Assembly (NCBI GenBank): GCA_963758525.1
Contig: CAVWVQ010000003.1
Coordinates: forward strand, 4,768,001 to 4,832,000
DNA length: 64,000 nt
Source of the DNA: an uncultured Phycisphaerales bacterium
GTDB taxonomy: Bacteria; Planctomycetota; Phycisphaerae; Tepidisphaerales; Tepidisphaeraceae
Direction: 5' to 3'
A model generated the notes under the pieces. The model saw only the letters and a list, made by a program, of their open reading frames with translations. It was not told the DNA's origin and searched no databases. The position numbers and the translations under genes were made by a program. Below are positions 50,738 through 60,528 of the stretch, piece by piece (positions within the stretch are counted from its first letter, which is position 1; each line of letters starts with the position of its first letter).

Positions 50738-51124
50738 TCAAGAGAGCGTGAGGCGAGCGCCGCCGCTGGTCCTGTACACGATCCCGCCCTTGCGTCGCAC
50801 CGCGTACACTACCTGGTAACACTTACCGAAGACCTGCGCCCACTCTGCCATATTCCGCCGGACCGCGGCGGTGGGCTCACCGCACCAGAGGAGCCAGTTG
50901 TCTTCCGTCTTCTCGTACACGCAGAAGTGGAACGCCTTGAGTCTGGCGGCGGAGAAAAGCGCCTTCTTCGCCTCGTTGACCGCAACGTACGGACGGCCAT
51001 GCTCTTTTAGCTCGCGTTCAACGTCGGCGAGAAGCGAGCGCCGGTTGGGTCGGATCAATTGCACAGAGGGTTGTAGCTGTTCCTCCTTCGCCGGCAAGAG
51101 GGGCATCTGTGTCATTGGTGACAT
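50738..51124 (-). CDS. Degenerate HYExAFE-family-like protein
   Basis: RPYVAVNEAKKAL...LKAFHFCVY...NWLL...MAEWAQVFG resembles the planctomycete HYExAFE family from memory. Confidence 0.55.
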   Translation of the reverse strand: MSPMTQMPLLPAKEEQLQPSVQLIRPNRRSLLADVERELKEHGRPYVAVNEAKKALFSAARLKAFHFCVYEKTEDNWLLWCGEPTAAVRRNMAEWAQVFGKCYQVVYAVRRKGGIVYRTSGGARLTLS

Positions 51125-51156
51125 GGTTGTATTTCTCCTTTCGGTTGGGGGCAGAG

Positions 51157-51714
51157 CTACTTCCGTTCGGGCAGGCGGTATTGCACGGCCTCGGCAACGT
51201 GGCTTTCCCCGATGCGCTCGCTCTGCTCCAGGTTGGCGATGGTTCGCGCAATGCGCACGACAACGGTGAACGCTCGGGCAGAGAGCCCAAGCTCCTCATA
51301 CGCTTGTTTTCCCAGCAGCAGGACACTGTCGGAGAGGAACATATCCGTGTGCTTGGCGCTCCACTTCACCGCCGCATCAACCTGTTTGCGGATATGGGCA
51401 GAGTCCGTGCCGGGGCGTTTGGAGGTGAGTTCGCGGTACGGAACTCTGGGCACTTCGACATAGATTTCTTTGCACAAGTGCTGCTGAAGCAACTGCGTGC
51501 GTCCCGGATCTTTCGGATCAATTGTGATTTCGTCGATTTCGATGGGTCTGATCTTTTTCGCGGCGTCCGCCAGCATCGTCTTGCCATTTCCGCTGGGGCC
51601 GATCAAGACGATGGAATGGTTGCCCGCAAGGGCGATGATCAAGGCCCGTTTGACGGCCTCTTGCGAGCGCACTTCCGCGAAGTCGGTAACGGGAAGATCC
51701 TTGTCTTCCGACAT
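51157..51714 (-). CDS. Miniature ComM/YifB (Mg-chelatase-like) ATPase
   Basis: DFAEVRSQEAVKRALIIALAGNHSIVLIGPSGNGKTMLA joined to LGLSARA..RIARTIANL..HVAEAVQYR; central region absent. Confidence 0.8.
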   Translation of the reverse strand: MSEDKDLPVTDFAEVRSQEAVKRALIIALAGNHSIVLIGPSGNGKTMLADAAKKIRPIEIDEITIDPKDPGRTQLLQQHLCKEIYVEVPRVPYRELTSKRPGTDSAHIRKQVDAAVKWSAKHTDMFLSDSVLLLGKQAYEELGLSARAFTVVVRIARTIANLEQSERIGESHVAEAVQYRLPERK

Positions 51715-51776
51715 GATGAATTCCTTTGCCGCGGACGCGGCGAGTAGAAGGTTGAAACGCCGTGCGCTCACAACTG

Positions 51777-52172
51777 TCACGGTTCTGTGGGCCAGCGGGC
51801 GTCGGGCATCACCTCGGCGTGACGCAGGCGGGAGATGGACTCGAACAGTTCCGTGGGCGCGTCGCCCCAGGACAGACCGCCCGAAATCAGGAGAACGACG
51901 CCGAATCCCCCGGCGATGAATGTGGCGTCGCCGCGATCATCAGCCAGCGCCGCCGCAATCGCGGTGACGTCATTCAGTAACAGTTGCCTGTACTGCGTCA
52001 GATCAGTGTATTCGCCGCCCATTTCTTCGTTGATCGCGTCAAATCGTGCTTGGGGGAGCGCTTCAATGGCAAGCCTGGCTTGGGCCAGCGCCACGTCGGC
52101 CTGTTCATGGTCCAATTCAGATCGATCGTTTGCTTTGAACCCGATCGATAGCAGCAGCATGGCTGCACCCAT
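51777..52172 (-). CDS. Hypothetical protein
   Basis: AAAGGAG RBS, ATG 52172; SGGLSWGDAPTE motif. Confidence 0.6.
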   Translation of the reverse strand: MGAAMLLLSIGFKANDRSELDHEQADVALAQARLAIEALPQARFDAINEEMGGEYTDLTQYRQLLLNDVTAIAAALADDRGDATFIAGGFGVVLLISGGLSWGDAPTELFESISRLRHAEVMPDARWPTEP

Positions 52173-52185
52173 GTGGTCGCTCCTT

Positions 52186-52323
52186 TCAGTTGTCGCTGTC
52201 GGTGATGGTCTCCGCCCGATATTTGAGCTGTGACAGCCGGCAATCGGTCGCGGCCATGTCATTACGGATGCCCAGACAGACGGGCTGGTAGAGACTTCCG
52301 CCTGGATAGGCATACAGGTAGCG
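52186..52323 (-). pseudogene. C-terminal fragment of ATP-dependent DNA ligase (OB fold) left by RIT insertion
   Basis: Reads RYLYAYPGGSLYQPVCLGIRND...DSDN-stop, continuing GQIIEVR from 55773+. Confidence 0.88.
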
Positions 52324-52444
52324 TTTATGCCGAGCTCGGCATAAGCGGTATTATCCCGAGCCACAATTTATGCCGAGGTTGCCAAGCGTTTCTTGGAAAA
52401 CCACATTCAACGGGCAGATTTTTCCACTTCGTCACTCGGCATAA

Positions 52445-53443
52445 TCAGAGGCTTTCAAGGAAGTTTTTGAGTGGGTCCGTTGGACGGTACCTGGATGTCC
52501 GTCCTTTGAACGCCTCCGTTTTCGCCAGTGCCTGCTCTGTCAACGCCAGGTTGGCGTGCAGATAGACCTGGGTCGTTTCAATTGATTCGTGCCCCAACCA
52601 CAGTGCGATGACCGAGCACTCAACGCCGTGCTGAAGCAGATTCATGGCTGTGCTATGGCGCAGCACGTGCGGGGAGACGCGTTTCTTCTTCAGCGAAGGA
52701 CATTTCGTACTCGCGGCTTTCGTGTGCTCCGACAACAGATACTCCACACCGTCCCGGCTGAGGGCTTGGTGGCGGGCGTTCGGAAAGACGGGCTCGTCAG
52801 GTTGGCCGTCCTGCTCCTTTTGCCAAGCGTGTATCGCATCCTCTGTTTCCCTCCGCAAAGGCACGCATCGCATCTTTCGCCCTTTGCCGGTACACGTGAC
52901 GTGAGCACCGGTGCCGAACACCACGTCTCGCCAGCGTAGCGAGATCAGTTCCGATACGCGCAGGCCCGTTTCCACGGCCATCAGCATCAATGCGCGGTCT
53001 CGTCGTCCGCCCCAGGTGGTGATGTCCGGCGCATCCAACAGTGCCGTCAACTCAACTCTCGTCAGATATGCCACGAGTTGCTTCACGCACCTTTTGCCTT
53101 GGATGGCCAGAACGCGTTGGGCCACTGCCCCGAACGCAGGCTCCTGAAAGGCGACGTAAGCAAAGAAGGAATGGATGCACGCCAGACGGCAGTTTCTCGT
53201 CTGCGGCGCATTGCCACGCTCCTTCTCCAGGCTGTTGAGAAAGCGGAGGATAAAGGGAGCGTTCAGATCCTCAACGGTCAGTTTGATGGGAGGCTTCTTC
53301 AGACAGCGCTCGGCAAACGCGATCAGAAGACGGAAGGTGTCACGATACGCGGCGATGGTATGTGGGCTGGCATTCCGTTGTCCCATCAGGCGCTCGGTGA
53401 AGTAGGCCTGCAACAATGCAGAGAAGGTTGATGAAGTGTTCAT
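52445..53443 (-). CDS. ritC: Tyrosine recombinase RitC
   Basis: TGLRVSEL, GKGRK.R, HVLRHS, LGHES..TTQVY. Confidence 0.92.
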   Translation of the reverse strand: MNTSSTFSALLQAYFTERLMGQRNASPHTIAAYRDTFRLLIAFAERCLKKPPIKLTVEDLNAPFILRFLNSLEKERGNAPQTRNCRLACIHSFFAYVAFQEPAFGAVAQRVLAIQGKRCVKQLVAYLTRVELTALLDAPDITTWGGRRDRALMLMAVETGLRVSELISLRWRDVVFGTGAHVTCTGKGRKMRCVPLRRETEDAIHAWQKEQDGQPDEPVFPNARHQALSRDGVEYLLSEHTKAASTKCPSLKKKRVSPHVLRHSTAMNLLQHGVECSVIALWLGHESIETTQVYLHANLALTEQALAKTEAFKGRTSRYRPTDPLKNFLESL

Positions 53444-54375
53444 GGGCGCTGTACTCCTTCCGTTCGCTCCCAGCGGAGCATGGCTTGCTGGAGCAGTTCT
53501 GGGGCAGCCGAGAGGTACCAGTACGTGTCGTTCACATGGATGTGCCCCAGATACGTGGCCAACTCGGGCAAATGGACATCCACCGCGACATCAGATCGAT
53601 ACCAGTCCACAAGAGTGCGGATCGCGAAACGGTGCCGCAGATCGTGGAGACGCGGACCACGGGAAGTATCGGGCTGACGCAAGCCGATGCGGCGGGACAA
53701 CACAAGGAACCAGCGATTCACCGTGGAGTAGCGCAGGCTGGTTCCCTTCTCCGATATGAAAAAACGCGAAGTGGCTGGGCGCGGGCGATGGTTCTCGCGA
53801 ACATCCAGATACCGGCGCAATGCTTGGCTGGTGGATGGATGCAGCGGAACCAGCCGTGTCTTGTTCCCCTTGGTTCTGGGGATGGTGAGTATCCCCTGAT
53901 CGAGGTCCGCGTCCTTGCAGTCCAACGAGATTGCCTCGCCCACCCTCATGCCGGTTACGGCCAACAGACCGAACAACGTGGCGTAGGTGGCGCATTTGGC
54001 GGCATCGGATTCGTCGATATGCCTGGTGGCCTCGATGAGCCGCGACACGTCGTCATCGCGATACAGGAAGGGATTCGGTCGGCGATGCTGGAGCGGCAGG
54101 AGCTTCTTCGCGGGAATCTCTGTACGTGTGTCCAAGGTGGACATGTACTCAGCGAAGCGCCGCACCAAGCCCAATCGGATCGCACGCTGTCTGGGCTTGA
54201 TGTCCTCTGGCCGCATTGCCCATTGAAGCGCCACCTTCGTCGTGATGAAGGTGGCCCGCTTTTCCTGAGCGAACTGCACGAAGTCTCGGAGCAGGATGGC
54301 AGGAACGCTCAACTTGAACCCGAGTTGTCGGCGAAGCTGTAGGTAAGTGTCGAGATGGCAGGCCAGGGTGGTCAT
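53440..54375 (-). CDS. ritB: Tyrosine recombinase RitB
   Basis: YLQLRRQLGFKL, TGMRVGEA, HDLRHRFA, LGH...TYWYL; 4-bp overlaps. Confidence 0.92.
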   Translation of the reverse strand: MTTLACHLDTYLQLRRQLGFKLSVPAILLRDFVQFAQEKRATFITTKVALQWAMRPEDIKPRQRAIRLGLVRRFAEYMSTLDTRTEIPAKKLLPLQHRRPNPFLYRDDDVSRLIEATRHIDESDAAKCATYATLFGLLAVTGMRVGEAISLDCKDADLDQGILTIPRTKGNKTRLVPLHPSTSQALRRYLDVRENHRPRPATSRFFISEKGTSLRYSTVNRWFLVLSRRIGLRQPDTSRGPRLHDLRHRFAIRTLVDWYRSDVAVDVHLPELATYLGHIHVNDTYWYLSAAPELLQQAMLRWERTEGVQRP

Positions 54376-55622
54376 TGGTCACCTCCGGGCCACGGCTGCG
54401 CCAGCTTGCGCAAGGCGTCCAGATTCACCTTGGCGTAGATCTCGGTGGCCTGGACCCCCTTGTGACGCAGGACGCGCCCGATCTGCGCCAGCGAAGCGCC
54501 ATCGCCGAGCATTGTGGTGGCCAGAGAATGGCGGAGGATGTGAGCGCCCTTGTGGGGAGGGTTCAGCCCGGCACGCTTGAGTGCGCGTCGAACCAAGGAG
54601 CAGATGCCATTCGGCGGTAGCGCAAAGCTTTCGTACGGAGCCTTGGTGTAGACGAACAGGTGCCGGGATGGACAGCGAGGCCGCGCCTTGTGCAGGTAAT
54701 CCGCAATAGCCTCCCCGACCGGTTCAAGCAAAGGTAGGCAGTCGGTGCGATTGCCTTTGCCATGGATGCGCAGTTCTCCGGTGCCCCAGTCGATGTCATC
54801 CAAGGCGAGTCGTGCTACTTCTCCAGCCCGCAGGCCGAGCCGTGCCAAGAGCAGCAAGATCGCATAATCGCGCTTGCCGGTCTTGCGGCGGCGATCACAA
54901 TACTTTAGTAGCCTGTCGACCTCGGATGCCTTCAGGTAGCGCGGCAGCTCCGACAGACGCCACCCTGCAACGGCGGGAACGGCCGCCGCCAGATTTGTGG
55001 CGATTTGCCCACTGTGGAACTGGAAGCGCAGGAAGCCCCGCAGGACCGTGGTCGCCATCTGGCATGCCTTGCGACCTCGGCTGGTGGTGTCGTGCAACAC
55101 AAACGCGACTATGTCCTTTGTACATATCTTGCCGATATTGGTTTGCCCGTTTGGGAAGCAGTGCTCCAGAAAGCGCCGCACCACCGCGATGTAGCCCTTG
55201 ACCGTATTCTGCCCGAGGCCACGCTCATCGAGAAGGAATCGCCGGTAACTCTGCTCGATCACATCCATGGGGGTTGTAGGGGTATTCACCGGACAAGCAG
55301 GGATGACGTGGCTTTGTCGCAGATGTTTGAGCAGTAGAGCCAGCGCCGCCTTGTCTCCACTGCGTCGTGGTACCCGAGTGGATCGGCGGCTGAGGAACGC
55401 CGCAACGTGCTGCTCGTCCAGTATTGCCAGATCAACCTGTTTCCGGCCAAGCCATCGGCTGAACGCGCCGACCAGTCGAAGCTTGTTCCAACCCGCCTCG
55501 TTGCAGTAGCGGTGTCTGCACAGCAGATCCGCGTAGCTTTGAAGGTGTGCCTCCAGTGGGCCGAATCGATACTCGCGCAGGGCGTCGGGTGACGGACAGA
55601 AGAACTTGCGCATCGGTGTCAT
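54372..55622 (-). CDS. ritA: Tyrosine recombinase RitA
   Basis: LGLRAGEV, HILRHSLA, LRH...TEIYAK. Confidence 0.92.
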   Translation of the reverse strand: MTPMRKFFCPSPDALREYRFGPLEAHLQSYADLLCRHRYCNEAGWNKLRLVGAFSRWLGRKQVDLAILDEQHVAAFLSRRSTRVPRRSGDKAALALLLKHLRQSHVIPACPVNTPTTPMDVIEQSYRRFLLDERGLGQNTVKGYIAVVRRFLEHCFPNGQTNIGKICTKDIVAFVLHDTTSRGRKACQMATTVLRGFLRFQFHSGQIATNLAAAVPAVAGWRLSELPRYLKASEVDRLLKYCDRRRKTGKRDYAILLLLARLGLRAGEVARLALDDIDWGTGELRIHGKGNRTDCLPLLEPVGEAIADYLHKARPRCPSRHLFVYTKAPYESFALPPNGICSLVRRALKRAGLNPPHKGAHILRHSLATTMLGDGASLAQIGRVLRHKGVQATEIYAKVNLDALRKLAQPWPGGDQ

Positions 55623-55772
55623 TTCCTTTCTCTGGGTTTGTCGCCACCAGAATTGAAAGGGGAAATGACACCGCCGGTTATGCCGAGTCACAAGTTCAGA
55701 AGAACAGGATTTTCCGGAGTAGTCCGAAATCTAATCGCTTCGGCTCCGCATAAATCGTGGCTCGGGATAATA

Positions 55773-56735
55773 ACGCACCTCGATGATTTGACCCGCGGTG
55801 GGAAGATTCTGGTTGGCGGGAACGGTGACATTGCCGACCGAGATGCGGCGCGTCTCACCGTCGAGCAGCTCCAGCTTCACACTTCGCTTGCTGCCGTTGG
55901 CGCCGCCGACGATGCATGAGCAGGAAACGGTGAACTTCAGTTTGAGTTGATCGCCGCCACTCGCGGGCCGGCCCAGCGTGTACTGCGCCAGGTGCCGCTT
56001 GAAGACGATCCCCTCGCGGTTGGAGCCTTTGAGTGATTCCAGCATCGCCTGCTTTGCGGTTGCTGTTTTGGCGGTCGGCACAACGCTAACAGGTGTCGTC
56101 TCGTCAGGCCCCAGTAGCCGGGCCAGTTCACGCAATCGCTTCACGTACGGCTGAGGGCGGAAGTCAACGCACGCCGACTCCAGCACATCAAACGCGTAGA
56201 GCACGTCACCCACTGCTTCACCGTCGATCAACCAGTGCTGACTACCGATCTTGAGGGCGTGATCGATAATCGGCTTGGGCAGCTCGATGACCAGACCTTT
56301 ACGGTTGATGCCGGTGATTACGTCGCCAACACGCCCGATCAGGACATGCTTCCCGTCATATTTCTCCTGAGCCCACCACTCGGAGTCGGCGATGTAACGC
56401 GGTGCTTCCTGCTCTTCGATGGGGTTTAACAGTTGTGGCAGAACACCCGTCGCGCGCTCGGCTCTGTCAGTGTGCTGATAAGGCGTGCCATCTTTGCCAG
56501 GCGTGTACCCCTTGGCGGTTTTCTCCTTCACGAGCTTGTCAAACAGTTTCCTCGCCGTTTCGTGATCGACCGGCTGGATTGTCTTCGAGCCAGTCTGGAG
56601 GGTGGTTCCGCGCCGGCCAAACGCGAAGGTCACGATGAATCCCGTTCCCGATGGCTCAATTGCGACGCGGTAGATCTTGTCGCTGGAGCCATTGCGGTAA
56701 TAGAGCGTGAGCTGCTCAGATTGTATTTGTGTCAT
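55773..56735 (-). pseudogene. WGR-domain ATP-dependent DNA ligase-like gene, N-terminal part, interrupted by RIT
   Basis: WGR-like N-terminus (SDKIY..FGRRG..KTAKGY); EKYDG, IDGEAV, AFDVL, EGIVFK, KLK motifs. Confidence 0.88.
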
Positions 56736-56811
56736 GAGCGTCTCCTGTGGAAAAGAACAACTTGATGAGAGCGACGCTAGTGGCGTCGCTGAGACAACTG
56801 CGTTGCGCGAA

Positions 56812-57204
56812 TCAGGGCTGGTTGCTCTCCGGAATGGCAGCCACGGCGCCAAAATGCTGCTTCAATGCGATCTGGATGTTCTGGGCCTCGAAACCCCGGC
56901 CAATTGCATCGCGGTATTCAACACCCAGCGCGCCAGCCAGGAACCGCAGCATTTCCAGGCCGTAGATGCCGGTCAGTTCCTTCACCGGCTGGCCACCAAC
57001 AAAGAGAGTGCCCTTCGGTGAACCGTCGGATCGGTATTTCCTGGTCATGTGCTCCACGACCACTTGCGGGAATCCAGCGTCGATGAAGGCTTCGGGCTTG
57101 AGAATGGAATGACCATCACAAAGCGATGCAGCCCGGAGAATGACCTCCGAACTGCACGCTTTGGTAAGGCCGACGATCTGTTGCATGTGCCGGCGTGAAC
57201 TCAC
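56812..57204 (-). CDS. Hypothetical protein
   Basis: 130-aa ORF co-oriented with backbone operon. Confidence 0.55.
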   Translation of the reverse strand: MSSRRHMQQIVGLTKACSSEVILRAASLCDGHSILKPEAFIDAGFPQVVVEHMTRKYRSDGSPKGTLFVGGQPVKELTGIYGLEMLRFLAGALGVEYRDAIGRGFEAQNIQIALKQHFGAVAAIPESNQP

Positions 57205-57565
57205 TGTGTGTCTCCGGTGTGAGAAAGTGGGATCGAACTGTCACGCAACGACGGCGCAGACGACCGGGGACTGCTGGTGAAGGCAGGCGGTATAGAGCGT
57301 GCCGACCTTCTCGCCCACATTGACGAGCGATCGGTTCACGGCGGCGAGTTCACGCCGCTGATGGACGTCTCGGCGTTCCGGCCTTCGGCGGCGCTGGCTG
57401 GGATCGACGTTGTTGCCCAGCAGTGCAAGATCGCATGAGGACAGACGCGAAGCAGGAATAATGGACATGGGGAATCTCCTTGCTGCGCGAACATGCGCAG
57501 CGTTGAAAGTGTTGATGCGCGGCATGTGTGTGCGCGGCTTCCCGGCACACGCCGGTGAGTACCGC

Positions 57566-57938
57566 TCAAGCGGTGGGATCTGAGTGTGGGCCTGGTGGCG
57601 GGCTGAGAAGAGACGTGGTGGATGGAGCTGATGGATCGAGCTGCTCCAGGCGTTCACCCATCTGGGCTTCCCAGAGCTCGAAGTGGCTCTTTCTCAATGA
57701 CACGATGCAAACCATGGTGAGAAGCTCGATGGCTTTTTGAACGCGCTGGGTTTTCTTGGGCGAGCCGCTGAGAGCCATGAGTTTCTGGTAGATGTCTGAG
57801 TAGCTTTCCATCAGGAAGCTGGCCAGATCGGGCTCGACTTTCTCCAGGTGGGACATCGCGGGCGTGATCCCCTGGCGCTGCAGCTCCAGCAGCGACTGGA
57901 GAATGGTGCGTGAGTGCACTTGTTGATCAGAAGCCATG
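57566..57938 (-). CDS. Hypothetical protein
   Basis: MASDQQV start after GGAG RBS; helical; start approximate. Confidence 0.55.
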
Positions 57939-57962
57939 ATGAATGCTCCATACGGTGTCTGG

Positions 57963-58838
57963 CTACTTTGCTGCAAAGAGAGGGCAGCGCGAGCGGAACG
58001 AGCAGCTCGTACAGTTCTGCGGCGACGGACTCGGATAGAAGTTTTCCGCCTGGATCGCCGCTCAGACCTGGGCGATTCCGTCACGCAAACTGGCAACGCG
58101 CTGCTCGTCAGCAGCAACTGGAAGCAATTGGACCTGCGGTGTCTTGTGCTTCGTGAGAATCGCAAAGTGCAGCTTCACCGGAAGTCCCAGCGAGCTTGCC
58201 ATGCCTGAAAGCGTCTGGCCGTACAGAACGAGCTGATCGCCGGACTCCGATGCCTTCTGCTCATTCCAGCGGCTTCGGCTGGTCTTGAAGTCGATGACGT
58301 GCAAGGAGCCATCGGTCTGCGTGACCAAATCTACCTTCGCCAGGAGATCCGGAAGGTCCGGATCCAGCACGATGCGCAGCTCCTCTTCGATGCCGACAAT
58401 GACACCCTTGGGGTCAGCCAGCGGTGAGGTGAGGAAGGCGGTCAGCATGCGATGGGCGGTAGCGTCGACCGTCTCGTGAGTCTCGGCCTTGTTGAATCGG
58501 ACAGGCACCTTGTCGGCGCTCTGCTGCCGCTTCCATGAGTCGTGATAAGCGCTGGGCATCGCCTCGGTGCTCACGGCCAAGCCTTCCAGCCTTGCGCGGA
58601 AATACAACTCCAACGCGGCGTGGATCGCGCCGCCCAGCAGCAGCGTGCTGGCCACAAAATCCCTGGGTGCGTTCTCGACGTACTGGAAAGCAAACTTGCG
58701 GGGACAGGATCGCATCAGCGAGATCTGTGAGTGAGACAGATACGAGCGCCCGGTGAGTTTCTCGGCAACGCGGTTGGGCGCTCGCGGAACGGCGACAGGC
58801 CGGCGCGCAGTTGGACCGGGCATGACAGTCAGCGTCAT
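57963..58838 (-). pseudogene. Cas4/AddB-like PD-(D/E)XK nuclease with in-frame TGA at 58062-58064
   Basis: LSHSQI..CPRK, G.AIH, AKVDLV..VIDFKTS, QL.LY; beyond the TGA the frame reads AAIQAENFYPSPSPQNCTSCSFRSRCP. Confidence 0.85.
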
Positions 58839-58866
58839 GGGATTCTCCTGTTGTATGTGCTGGGGA

Positions 58867-59358
58867 TTACCGGCGGCGATCGTCAGCCGGCACGAGGGAT
58901 TTGAGGTGATCGATCAGTTCCGATGCCTCGCGGACACTCAGAGCATCGAACTGGTTGCCGATGATCTCCCGGCACTCTTTATCGACGTTGGCGTGGGCAC
59001 GATCGGCGATTGCGAGGATCGCACGGCGCTGGCTGGCGGTCATCGTGCCGCCATTGCTACCGGCGTTGCCGTTGGCGTGGTGGCCATTGCCATTGTTTCG
59101 CCCATGCTCGCTGCGATTGTAGCGGCGAGGCTGCCGGTCCCGATCGCCGCGGTCATTCTCTGCCGGTTGGGGTGAAGCGGCCTGGCGGTCGATGGCGCCA
59201 CGGGCTTGGCCGTATAAGCCGTCAATCTGCTGCTGCAGTTCGTCAGGCTTGGCGAGCAAGTTCTGGTCCAGTTCCGCGACGATGTTGATTGAGACGCCGG
59301 TGGACTGGTAGTCCTTACTGGCCTTCCGGCTGAGGCCTACGTTGATCGAGAGAGGCAT
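58867..59358 (-). CDS. Hypothetical MGE protein
   Basis: INVGLSRK..DYQS.G.S; MTASQRRAI; LSVREASELIDHLK; AAGGAG RBS. Confidence 0.7.
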   Translation of the reverse strand: MPLSINVGLSRKASKDYQSTGVSINIVAELDQNLLAKPDELQQQIDGLYGQARGAIDRQAASPQPAENDRGDRDRQPRRYNRSEHGRNNGNGHHANGNAGSNGGTMTASQRRAILAIADRAHANVDKECREIIGNQFDALSVREASELIDHLKSLVPADDRRR

Positions 59359-59414
59359 AATGATGACTCCTTATTATGTAGCGTGGACGGATCGAAGAGA
59401 CGAAGGGGCGGTGT

Positions 59415-60011
59415 TCATGCCGCCTGTTTCTGGAACACCGCCCACTCCCGCTCGTACCGCCTGCGCAGTTGCGAGACTCTTGCTTCCGAGATCACGAACC
59501 GCTCAGCCACCGCCATGGTCCGCTCGCCCCCGACCAACGCGGCGATAATGTACCGGTCGCGTCGCGTGAGGGTCTTCAGCCAGCACGCGAAGTCGATCCG
59601 GAACGCAGCCAGGTCCGGAATCCGCACCTTGCGGTCCTCAATGGCGATTTGCTTCCAGCCGTCAGTCGCATCGCCTCCCGGGTAGGGATCGGCGCTGAAA
59701 ATGCGGATCCCACGGCGTTTCTGACAGGCCGGCGACATGACATCCTTTGGGGAGTCCTGCCTGCCGCCGACGTGCCGGCCGCTGCGGACGAAATTGACCG
59801 CGTAGTTGGCCAGCGTGCTGGCGTGGGCGGTGTGGAGTTGGCCCTTCGCCGCCAGGCGTTGGTAGCTGGCGCACGCGCTGGCGATGGCTTCCTGAACTGC
59901 ATCTTCGCGCTTGTGGGCGGGAAGTTTGCGGAATTGGATCCTGGCGTGCTCTCGGACAGTGGGCAGGACGGACAAGAAGCCCGCCTGCCAGGTGGATTGG
60001 ACAGCAGTCAT
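59415..60011 (-). CDS. ECF sigma-factor-like protein
   Basis: REDAVQEA (region 2-like); LTRRDR...VAERFVISEARVSQLRR (region 4 HTH). Confidence 0.7.
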   Translation of the reverse strand: MTAVQSTWQAGFLSVLPTVREHARIQFRKLPAHKREDAVQEAIASACASYQRLAAKGQLHTAHASTLANYAVNFVRSGRHVGGRQDSPKDVMSPACQKRRGIRIFSADPYPGGDATDGWKQIAIEDRKVRIPDLAAFRIDFACWLKTLTRRDRYIIAALVGGERTMAVAERFVISEARVSQLRRRYEREWAVFQKQAA

Positions 60012-60528
60012 GAGACGACTCCCTTCAGGTAGGGACCGTCCCCGTGCGTGGGGACGGTCGTGTTGGGAAACACAACCGCCCCCGCACGATGCGAGGGCGA
60101 GACAGAACAGTTGAGCTGGTGGTCAGGGCGTTACGACGCCGACTTCAGCGTATGGCACTCCTCAAGACGGTGACATGAAACCTCCACTGCCTGTTTTGCC
60201 GGGCGGTAAGACTTAATTGCGTCGCTGCGCATGCAGCGCCGCGGACAGCTAAACGGCCCATCTCTACTGACGCGAAAACGCCATTTCTTTAGCAATGGCA
60301 CGATAGGCGGAATGGGGAGTGAATCTGCCAGTGAGGGTGAAAGAGAGTGACCGGGTTGCGCCGGTCGGTTGTTAGAGTTTACCGAGGCGCTGAGCGAACT
60401 GCTGATCCGTCTTTTTCGCTCGCGGCATGTCTTCGCAGCTCTTTCGCACCACTGGGATAGGCAGAAATGAAAAAACGGTCGGGGGGGGGAGATTTCTGGT
60501 TGCGGCTCAGTTCCAGCCGGCTGAATCA

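Larger units (their letters stand above)
52325..55772 (-). mobile_element. RIT element (Recombinases In Trio)
   Basis: Three overlapping tyrosine recombinases; 29-bp terminal IRs (52349-52377, 55744-55772; 2 mismatches); interrupts ligase gene. Confidence 0.93.

Noticed and set aside
52445..55622. Island integrase
   Set aside because: These recombinases belong to the RIT element, which has its own IRs and sits inside a ligase gene
58062..58064. Selenocysteine or genetic-code reassignment of TGA
   Set aside because: Position fits Trp rather than Cys, and many genes here end in TGA
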